The notes beneath the pieces are model-generated. The model saw only the letters and a list, made by a program, of their open reading frames with translations. It had not been told where the DNA came from and did not search any database. 64,000 bases of DNA from Octopus vulgaris. Its lineage: Eukaryota. The stretch's first letter is position 1, and the number at the start of each line of letters is the position of its first letter. The stretch is taken from assembly GCA_951406725.2 (NCBI GenBank), contig OX597831.1, forward strand, positions 48,112,001 through 48,176,000. Reading direction: 5' to 3'. Of the stretch, positions 54,934-64,000 are shown piece after piece. The position numbers and the translations under genes are program-made.

Positions 54934-55122
54934 AGTGGTCTGTAAAATGTACTCACTGCACTCTCGGAGTGGTGGAAGGGCATCCACCTGTAGAAACCTT
55001 GCCAGGTCAGTTGGAGCCTGGTGCAGCTGTCTGGATTGCCAGCCCTCAGTCAAACTGTTCAACCCATGCCAGCATGGAAAGTGGACATTAAACAATGACG
55101 ACGACGATGATGATGATGATGA
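54931..55122 (+). mobile_element. Repeat family D fragment
   Basis: ggaagggcatccacctgtagaaac...aacccatgccagcatggaaa followed by a (GAT)n tail. Confidence 0.75.
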
Positions 55123-55140
55123 TATATATTTATATATATA

Positions 55141-55345
55141 AAGGCGGTACCAGAAACATTAGCATGCCAGGCAAAATTCTTAGCAGTATTTCGTCTGTCT
55201 TTACATTCTAAGTACAAATTTTGCTGCAGTCAGCTTTGCTTTCCATCTTTTCAGGGTTGATAAATTAAGTAGCAGTTGTGTACTGGGAGTGTTCTAATTG
55301 ACTGGCACCCTCTCCCAAAATTTCGGACCTAGAGTAGAAAAGTAT
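55141..55345 (+). mobile_element. SINE family B, diverged
   Basis: aaggcgg..cagaaacattagcatgccaggcaaaa...gataaattaagtagcagttg. Confidence 0.7.
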
Positions 55346-55360
55346 ATATATGCATTATAT

Positions 55361-55412
<52 letters not shown>

Positions 55413-55417
<5 letters not shown>

Positions 55418-55610
55418 ATCCAAACAAGAAAACACAGAAAAAAAGAGAAAAAAAAACCAAAAAAAACACAGCAACGCAGGACGTGGAACAATTAAAGTAT
55501 TATTGACGCTCAGGAAAGAAGGGAAGGAGGGTTTAACGTTTCGAGCGGAGCTCTTCGTCGGAAACAAGGAGAAGGAAAGATCCCAAGAAGGGAAGACAGA
55601 GGAAAAATAT
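55413..55610 (-). mobile_element. Short pLTR-like element with the best-preserved hammerhead-like core
   Basis: Minus strand CCGACGA-A-GAGC tcc GCTC-GAAACGTT...AGCGTC. Stem III (ACGUU/AGCGU) ends at a GUC triplet. Confidence 0.65.
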
Positions 55611-55631
55611 TTGAGCTGGTGGTGCTCAAGA

Positions 55632-55852
55632 GACCCACAAGGGGCTAAACGCAGAGGGAACAAACGAGGACAGACAAACGGATTAAGTCGATTACATCGA
55701 CCCCAGTGCGTAACTGGTACTTAATTTATCGACCCCGAAAAGATGAAAGGCAAAGTCGACCACGGCGGAATTTGAACCCAGAACGTAACGGCAGACGAAA
55801 TACGGCTACGCATTTCGCCCAGCATGCTAACGTTTCTGCCAGCTCGCCGCCT
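55632..55852 (-). mobile_element. SINE family B, CpG-rich copy
   Basis: Minus-strand head aaggcggcgagctggcagaaacgttagc. Confidence 0.85.
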
Positions 55853-56425
55853 TATTATATATACATATATATACATATACATGTGTGCATGTGTGTACAC
55901 AAACATGTATATATATATATATATATATATGTGAGTGTGTATGTGTTTATATATATATATATATATGCATATCTATGTGTGTATATAATAAGCATATATT
56001 TGTGTGTGTATATATGTGTCATTGTTATTTTGTTTTACTGTCCATTTTTCTATGGTTGTGTGGATCAAGTGGAATTCATTCAGGCAGTTGCTCTTCCTGT
56101 CCCCAACCCTCACTTGTTCCCAAGTATACTCATATTTCTCCATGTTTCCATGGAACATCTGAAATGACTACAATCTCTTACATGACTATGACTCATTTTA
56201 CTATTATAACACTGTGTCAAGGCAAGTAAATGCAAACACGCATACACACATGATGGGCTTCTTTCAGTTTCCCCCCTTTTAAATCTTCTCAGAAGATTCT
56301 GGTCAATCCTGGGCTATAGTAGAAGTTGTTCAAGGTGCTGAACAGAAGCAAACTTTTTAACTATAAAACCATATCTATATATACTTACTTGAAAATGGAA
56401 TAATATAAATAATGTGTGTGTGTGT

Positions 56426-56697
56426 ATCATCATCATCATCATCATCATTTAGCGTTCGCTTTCCATGCTAGCATGGGTTGGACGGTTCAACTGGGGTCTG
56501 TGAAGCCAGAAGGCTGCATCAGGCCCAGTCTGATCTGGCAGTGTTTCTACGGGTGGATGCCCTTCCTAATGCCAACCACTCCGTGAGTGTAGTGGGTGCT
56601 TTTTACGTGCCACCCGCACAGGTGCCAGACGGAGCTGGCAAACGGCCACGAACGGATGGTGCTTTTACGTGCCACCGGCACGGGGGCCAGGCGAGGC
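56426..56697 (-). mobile_element. Repeat family D, nearly identical to 17065-17420
   Basis: Both copies translate to the same spurious MDGSTGVCEARRLHQAQSDLAV peptide. Confidence 0.85.
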
Positions 56698-56854
56698 ATA
56701 TATATATATATATATATATATGGGAGCAGGACATCACAGACAGTAAACAACACGAAATGCAAAAACAAATGAGTAGAATACGAAAACAATGATAGAAACA
56801 AAATGGAAAACAGGACAAGTAATGTAAAGAATGACCATTCATCAGTTGTCAATA

Positions 56855-56891
<37 letters not shown>

Positions 56892-56896
<5 letters not shown>

Positions 56897-57190
56897 TGTG
56901 ATCAACCAGAATATCAGATGTTGCTACACATCGCTGGTCACAATGCGCTTCGCATTGTTTTAGCCTTGAAATGACGTCACGCCGCTGGCTAAGTGAGCAG
57001 GCCAACAGAAAAAAGAGTGAGAGAAATTTGTGGTGAAAGAGTACAGCAGGGATCACCACCATCCCTGGCCGGAGCCTCATGTAGCTTTAGGTGTTTTGGC
57101 TCAATAAACACACACAACACCTGGTCTGGGAATCAAAAGCGCGATCCTACGACTGCGAGTCCGCTGCCCTAATCACTGGGCCATTGCACC
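56892..57190 (-). mobile_element. SINE family E
   Basis: Reverse complement of 43964-44272. Confidence 0.85.
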
Positions 57191-57218
57191 CCCTCCATCC
57201 CCCCCAAATATATATATG

Positions 57219-57250
<32 letters not shown>

Positions 57251-57252
<2 letters not shown>

Positions 57253-57383
57253 CAGGGTGTCCCAAAAAAATGTATACACACCTTAAATAATTGTAAATTT
57301 GTTATTCTTTGTAAGCCTAGTACTTATTCTATTGTTCTCTTTTGCCGAACCACTATGTGTATACATTTTTGGGGGACACCCTG

Positions 57384-57385
<2 letters not shown>
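57251..57385. mobile_element. Tc1/mariner-type MITE with 30-bp TIRs enclosing a SINE A fragment
   Basis: tacagggtgtcccaaaaaaatgtatacaca ... tgtgtatacatttttgggggacaccctgta. Confidence 0.85.
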
Positions 57386-57431
<46 letters not shown>

Positions 57432-57437
<6 letters not shown>

Positions 57438-58294
57438 GTATGATGGGCAAATTGTCGCCGTTTTACATTTTTGATTTCACACGCATGTGCATTGTGTGTT
57501 TTTGATTTTGACGACTACACAGTATAATAGGGTCAGAGGCCACCTTCTGAGACAAAAACAGTACCATGATGCAATTCACTTTGTAAAATTTGGAAACAAT
57601 GTGCTGTAGTGATTGGTGTTCGCACTGGAAGCTCCAAACATTTCAGAGTGTTTGGGTGTGAATATGAGGATAGTGCAATCTGAGGACATGTACTGAGAGT
57701 GACAAAAATCAAACATCCGGTCAACATCATGGTGTTTGGAGTGATCACTAGTGATGGCAAAGTTATGCCTCCATTCATCTTTCCCACATGGCCACAGACT
57801 CAACACAGAGGCCTACATCAAGAACTTGGTGGAAGTAGTGCTGCCCTGGGTCAAGAGGGCCACCCTATGTCTCGCAACAGGACTCTGTACCATGACACAC
57901 AAGTAGGGGAACCCAGTCATGGCTGTCAGACAATTTATGTGACCACATCATCCCTAACATCTGGTCACCTAACTCGCCAGACTGCAACCCTCTTGCTTAT
58001 TATGTGTGGGGTGCAGTTGAGTGAGAGATCATAAAAACTCATTGTGATGCCAAAGATGAACTGAAGGTAAGGATTATGGCAGCATTCACCAATTCAAACA
58101 AGGAGATCATCCAGAAGAGTTGCAGAACATTCAGACGTTATCTGGAGGCCATGGTGGAACCCAATGACGATTTTATTGAACAAATTTACTCTTAGTATTT
58201 CAAGGTATTTTTATGTAATTTTGGTAAATATATCTGTTAAAATGAGATGTCACTGCTATTTTCATGTTTGCTAAATTCAGACAATAGCTTATCC

Positions 58295-58298
<4 letters not shown>
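57432..58298 (+). mobile_element. DD37D/maT-like deleted transposon, third copy
   Basis: TA-cagagtatgatgggcaaattgtcgcc start, KHPVNIMVFGVITSDGKVMPPFIF motif, cctgta end. Homologous to 9981-10817. Confidence 0.85.
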
Positions 58299-58365
<67 letters not shown>

Positions 58366-58526
58366 TTATTTATTTATATATATATGTGTTTGTATGTATA
58401 TATATATATATATATATGTATATGTATATATACATACATACACATATATGTAAATAAATAGATAAATAAATATATATATGTATATATATATATATATTTA
58501 TCTATTTATTTATATATATGTGTATG

Positions 58527-58580
<54 letters not shown>

Positions 58581-58819
58581 TATATTTCAGCAGTCAGTAT
58601 ATGCATATGTATGTGTGTGTGTGTATATTGACATATATATATATACACATATACATACATACATAAATGTATGTATATATGTATATACAAACATATACAT
58701 GCATACACAAATGTGTGTGTATATATACACATACCACACACACATACTCATTTATCCAGCTCTCATTCTCTCTCTCTGTGTCTATCTCTCTCTATCTATC
58801 TATCTATCTATCATTCTCC

Positions 58820-58853
<34 letters not shown>

Positions 58854-59655
58854 CTCAATCTATCTATCCTCCCATCTAATAAAACTGTTGTTATAAAAGA
58901 AATCGCAAAGATGACAATAACTGTCTATAAACTGAATTATTGAATATAAAATAATTATAGACAAATCACAGTGAATTACAAATGATGGCTGCTTGTAGCT
59001 AAATCGATACAAAATATTATTCAACAGACGTAAATGGTTAAAGGTTATGTCTTGAAAAATGTTTCTCTTAATGTGTTACATATGTCGCTTGTGTGAAACT
59101 ATCAATCCGATGAAGAAGTCTCTATGTGAATACTCCATCTGCTAAAAAATATAGCCAAATCTTCCCTACTGCCACATAGCAGTCACTGATGAGTGATTAT
59201 GACTTGGTAATATTCACCGTGCTGTTGTTTAGAACGGTTGTGAGCAGAGATAGACACCACCTCAGCACTTCCACACTTGATTTAATGGATTATCTAAGAT
59301 CATCATTAAGTAGAACACATACATTGTACATACACACTCGCACGCATGCACTCATCTGTATCTGTTAGAAAGGAAGATTTTTCTTGAATTAAGTATTATC
59401 TTTTACATAGAAAATAAAAAAAAAAAAAGACCTGGAATAACACAAACATTTTGAAAGTAAGTTTCATATTGTGTTAAGCACTTTCACTGTTTACAGCTTT
59501 TCAAACACACATGTTAATGGATAATTTGTGTGTGTGTGTGTTTAATAAATTTTTTTTTAAATGGAGAAAAAAGACAAGAAAAGACAACAATGCAAGGATC
59601 AAAACAGTTCGATTCAATTTCCTTGGTACTTTAAATTTGTCCACTCACTCATATA

Positions 59656-59895
59656 TTTAAGTATCATTATCAGAACTATGTCACCAGCTTCAAGAGAATC
59701 AATAAGAGACATTCAACATCTTTGGCTGATTCTGTGTCGCCACTGAAGGAAGATAAAATTAATTATAACATAACTTGGTCCATAGTAAGGCATGCAAAAC
59801 CATATGATATCATTTTCAGGAGGTGCTGACTCTGCTTTGAGGAATCCCTGTCTATTCTGTGGACCAATTAACAAAGCATTAACAGAATTTCTGAA
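59656..59895 (+). pseudogene. Penelope-like GIY-YIG endonuclease C-terminal remnant (second type)
   Basis: FKYHYQNYVTSFKR...STSLADSV..LKEDKINYNITWSIVRHAKPY....RRC*LCFEESLSIL...INRISE fits the PLE pattern FKxRYxNHxxSF...TxLS...IxWxI...Y...CxLCxxE...LN. Confidence 0.75.
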
Positions 59896-60517
59896 AGACT
59901 CTTGAGAGTCTTATATAAATGTAATTATATATAAATGTACTTATATATAAATGTACTTTCGCACAATACAGAGGGAATAAATTTGAATAACTTAACACAA
60001 TTTACTTTAAGGTATGGATGAATTAAGTTTATCTTTAACCTCCCCCTTCTTATAAACACCAAGTAGCTATTTAATTATGTAGACTACATGCACCAAACCA
60101 CATGTGTGCATATGCTTACATCTTTGTGGATGCTTGTATGAGCAAGTGTACATGTACCATGCAACTTGCGTGATGGCATTTATATATCCATATCCATTAA
60201 CAGTTATTTTTAATACTTTTCTCACTGTATTGCATGTTTGTTTCTTTTCTGCATCTGTTATTTTATTATTGATCTCTTTTGTATAAATGAAGATATATCC
60301 TTTAATTTGCTGCTTAAGAGCAGCAAATGAGAAGATATGCTGCAGAATTGTTATTTTAACAAGTTATATCTATTTATCACCCAAAGAGACACATCTGCAT
60401 CATCAGATGCTCCCAAACCAGTTGTTAAGTATCATGAAGGATCGATGCTAGATGTGTCAAAACAATTGTAGTGATTAAGAAAAATTCTTGTATCTGCCAT
60501 CTTCCATCTTTCCTTTA

Positions 60518-60553
<36 letters not shown>

Positions 60554-60606
60554 GTTTAAATATTTGTTGTGCAAGATTTTTTATGTGAAGTCGTGTGTTG
60601 AAACAG

Positions 60607-60947
60607 ATATTGTTATATTTCGGAATGGTCATATTGCCAGTTTAGCCAATAAAAACACACGCACTATATATTTGGTGTTATTTTGCTTCAGTGATATTTA
60701 TTTTTTACATTAATCTTAATCTTATTTCGGCCAAAGTTCTTTCGTCACACTCCTGTGACCGCATCAGTGGTCCTTTGTTTTCTTCTCACTTACTTGTGTC
60801 TCTCCTTACTAACCGTCAGCCAGCCGAAATAAGATTAAGATTAATGTAAAAAATAAATATCACTGAAGCAAAATAACACCAAATATATAGTGCGTGTGTT
60901 TTTATTGGCTAAACTGGCAATATGACCATTCCGAAATATAACAATAT
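60607..60947. repeat. Perfect 125-bp inverted repeat with a 91-bp spacer carrying a hammerhead-like core
   Basis: Arms at 60607-60731 and 60823-60947; the ORF track gives an identical peptide on both strands. The spacer reads CTGATGC-G-GTCAC aggagt GTGAC-GAAA on the minus strand. Confidence 0.9.
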
Positions 60948-60968
60948 ATATATATATATATATATATA

Positions 60969-61362
60969 GGCACAGGAGTGGCTGTGTGCTAAGAAGCTTG
61001 CTTCCCAACCACATGGTTCCAGGTTCAGTCCCATTGCGTGGCACTTTGGGCAAGTGTCTTCTACTATAGCCTCAGGCCGACCAAAGCCTTGTCAGTGGAT
61101 TTGGCTGATGGAAACTGAAAGAAGCCCGTTGTATATATATATATATATGTGTGTATTTGTATGTCTGTGTTTGTCCCCCACCATCGTGTGATAACTAATG
61201 TTGATGTGTTTATGTCCATGTAACTTAGCAGTTCATCAAAAGAGACTGATAGAATAAGTACTTACAAAGTACTTACTAAGAATAATTCCTGGGGTCAGTT
61301 TGTTCGACTAAAAGCAGTGCTCTACCTTGGCCACAATCAAATTACTGAAACAGGCAAAAGAA
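60969..61362 (+). mobile_element. SINE family A, full length
   Basis: Colinear with other family A copies. Confidence 0.9.
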
Positions 61363-61767
61363 TATATATATATATATATATTCTATTATTCCATGGGTAA
61401 AAACATGGGATACTCTGACGAAATATCTAAAATACACAATGTCCTGTTAACTAGAATAAACGGTATATACTGTTTATAAGAAGAGTAAGCAGTACATTTA
61501 ATCTGTGATATATAATTGTGAGATGACATATGAATGAAAAACCTTAGTCAAGTTTATATTAAGTTTCATGCATTGGGTATTAAAAGTCAGAAAATAATTT
61601 AAATGAAAAGTAAACCAGTACAAGCATTTAGGAGTGTAAACAGCATAATGAGCTAAGTAGTTGGCAATGGTGTACAAATAATGGATAGTGCATTATGGTA
61701 TATTATGGTATAACTTTATTTACCTTTTCATTAGTGAGTCATGTGTAGACATGTTGTATAATTAGGG

Positions 61768-62005
61768 TAGTGGTTCTCAACCAGGGTCTACGTGACCTTT
61801 GGGGGTCCATATAAGATTTTGCTGTTAAAATTTTTGTGAAATAAATTGGTTATACTTCAGCAATACATAAAATATTTTAACAATTTTTTTAATGCAATTC
61901 CTAATACTTAATTATAAAAATTTAATGGGATTATTTTAAACATTGAATGTTTATTAGGGCCCGGCAGTTTAAAATAGGAAGTAAAGGAGTCCATGGGTAA
62001 AAAAT
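61768..62005. mobile_element. hAT (Charlie-like) MITE remnant
   Basis: Start tagtggttctcaaccagggt.. resembles the CAGTGGTTCTCAA TIR, with ggggtccat subterminal motifs. The second TIR is not found. Confidence 0.5.
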
Positions 62006-62009
62006 TTCT

Positions 62010-62215
62010 GATTTAAGGGATAATCCAACTGTAGCACTGTGGTTTTGCTGGGGATCAATTTTGCTTTAGTTCTGTAATTTCGTTGATTACTAATCCAGCT
62101 GTAGTGTTATTGTTTCGCTGAGAATCAACCCAACTGTAGAATTAGGATCCATCTGAGAGCTAATTCAGCCTTCATGTGATTTAGTTGAACATCAGATCAA
62201 TCTGTAGTTAAGCTG
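62010..62215. repeat. Degenerate minisatellite with units of about 35 bp (part 1)
   Basis: Units resemble ctgaggatcaatccagctgtagcactgtggtttaa. Confidence 0.7.
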
Positions 62216-62219
62216 TGCC

Positions 62220-62332
62220 TTAACCATTTAGCATTTAATCTGGCTGTATCCAGCCCAAGTATTCTACCTGTTTTATGTTGAAATAGACCTGGTTCAACCT
62301 CTCACACCTACCCTGCAATGTTATTCTAAAAA
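62220..62332. mobile_element. piggyBac-like MITE fragment
   Basis: TTAA-ccatttagcatttaa start. Reverse homolog of 52208-52432. Confidence 0.6.
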
Positions 62333-62348
62333 TATACAAACACACACA

Positions 62349-63080
62349 GGCACAGGCGTGGCTGTGTGGTAAGATGCGAGCTGGCAGAAACGTTAGCACG
62401 CCAGGCAAAATGCGTAGCCGTATTTCGTTTGCCGTTACGTTCTGAGTTCAAATTCCGCCGGGATCGACTTTGCCTTTCATCCTTTCGAGGTCGATAAATT
62501 AAGTACCAGTTACGCACTGGGGTCGATATAATCCCCTTAATCCATTTGTCCTCTCTGTGTTTAGCCCCTTGTGGGTAGTAAAGAAATAGGTATTTTGTTC
62601 TGAGTTCAAATTCCGCCGAGGCCGACTTTGCCTTTCATCCTTTCGGGATAGATAAATTAAGTACCAGTTACACACTGGGGTCGATGTAATCGACTTAATA
62701 CCAATGTATGTCCTTACTTGTCCCCTCTGGGTTCAGTTCTACTGTGTGGCACCTTTGGCAAATGTTTCTGCTATAGCCTTGGGCCGGCCAAAATCTTGTG
62801 AGTGGATTTGGTAGACAGAAAGTGAAAGAAGCCTGTTGTATATATGTATATGTATGTATCTATGTGAGTGTATCTTTGTGTCTGTGTTTGTCCCCCATCA
62901 CCACTTGACAACCAGTGTTGGTGTGTTTACATCCCTGTAATTCAGTGGTTCAGCAAAGAGACTGGAATGAGTACCAGACTTAAAAAAGATAAGTACTGGG
63001 GTTGATTTGTTCAACTAAAACCTTTCAAGGTGGTGCCCCAGCATGGCCACAGTCAAATGACTGAAATAAGTGAAAGATAA
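62349..63080 (+). mobile_element. SINE A interrupted in its head by a SINE B (about 62375-62728)
   Basis: ggcacaggcgtggctgtgtggtaag|gcgagctggcagaaacg...|gggttcagttctactgtgtggcacc. Confidence 0.85.
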
Positions 63081-63124
63081 AGGACACCATTGAAATCTCA
63101 AAGCTACAAGATATTGCATGGTTA

Positions 63125-63517
63125 ATGTGGATGTGTGATAAGTAGCTTGCTTACCAACCACATGGTTCCGGGTTCAGTCCCACTGCGTAGCACCTTGGGC
63201 AAGTGTCTTCTACTATAGCCTCGGGCCGACCAAAGTTTTGTGAGTGGATTTGGTTGAAGGAAACTGAAAGAAGCCCGTCATATATATATATATGTATATA
63301 TGTATGTGTGTGTGTGTGTGTTTATGTTTGTGTGTCCGTGTTTGTGCACCCAACATCACTTGACAACCGATGCTGGTGTGTTTACGTCCCCATCACTTAG
63401 CGGTTTGGCAAGAGAGACTGATAAAATAAGTACTAGGCTTACAAAGAATAAGACTTGCTTGACAAAAGGTGGTGCTTCAGCATGGCCGCAATCAAATGAC
63501 GGAAACGAATAAAAGAA
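63125..63517 (+). mobile_element. SINE family A
   Basis: Colinear with other family A copies. Confidence 0.85.
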
Positions 63518-63539
63518 TAAATAGGCAATACATTTGACA

Positions 63540-63875
63540 AAGAGATCTGAAAGCCAAAGATCAACTGTGGAACAGATCAAATTTATTGTTGTGGTTTAAG
63601 TGAGGATTTATCCTACTGGAGTTACTGTGGTTTATCTGAGAACTAATACAGCTATAGGGCTAGGGTTTAGCTGAAGAATAATCCAGAGGTAACACTGTAT
63701 TTTAATTGAGGATCAATCAAGTGTTTGTGTGTCTGTAAACTAGTCTAGCTGCAGCATTATGATTCAACTGATGATAAATCCACCAGTAAAACTGTTGATT
63801 AAGTGAAGATCAATCCAGCTGTAACTTAGTGATTCCATTGAGAAACTGATTCAGTTGTAAGGCTATGGTTTAACA
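63540..63875. repeat. Degenerate minisatellite with units of about 35 bp (part 2)
   Basis: About 8-9 units, e.g. gtgaagatcaatccagctgtaacttagtgattcca and ctgaagaataatccagaggtaacactgtattttaa. Confidence 0.75.
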
Positions 63876-64000
63876 ATTTAAAATCCGCAACTCACTCTAT
63901 AATCATTACTATCTCCCTAGGATTTTATTTTACAATCCTCCAAATAATAGAATATATAGAAGCATCATTTTCTATTTCAGATAGAATTTATGGTTCAACC

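Noticed and set aside
60432-60520. CATGAAGGA...TCAAAAC hammerhead-like string
   Set aside because: The core is too divergent and stems are not evident.

Overview
This is AT-rich eukaryotic genomic DNA made almost entirely of repeats, and I can support no intact host protein-coding gene in it. The SINE families and dense (TA)n/(CA)n/(CAT)n/(TAA)n microsatellites resemble an octopod cephalopod (Octopus-like) intron or intergenic region; that assignment is inference. Most ORFs in the track are microsatellite or SINE artefacts. Recognisable content: (1) about five SINE-like families in many copies on both strands (labelled A-E here); (2) decayed DNA transposons: a mariner transposase pseudogene, three internally deleted DD37D/maT-like elements, mariner/hAT/piggyBac-like MITEs and fold-back elements; (3) Helitrons: a complete short non-autonomous copy, a PIF1-helicase remnant with its 3' end, and Helentron/HINE-like pieces; (4) LINE 3' fragments (CR1, RTE, two R4/Dong RLE endonucleases); (5) two clear Penelope-type GIY-YIG remnants. 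The most interesting unexplained layer is a set of short elements, most embedded in (TA)n tracts, carrying hammerhead-ribozyme-like cores (CYGANGA-R-stem II-GAAAC). Several are arranged as long palindromes, and one lies directly downstream of a Penelope GIY-YIG. All coordinates and alignments were read by eye and are approximate.
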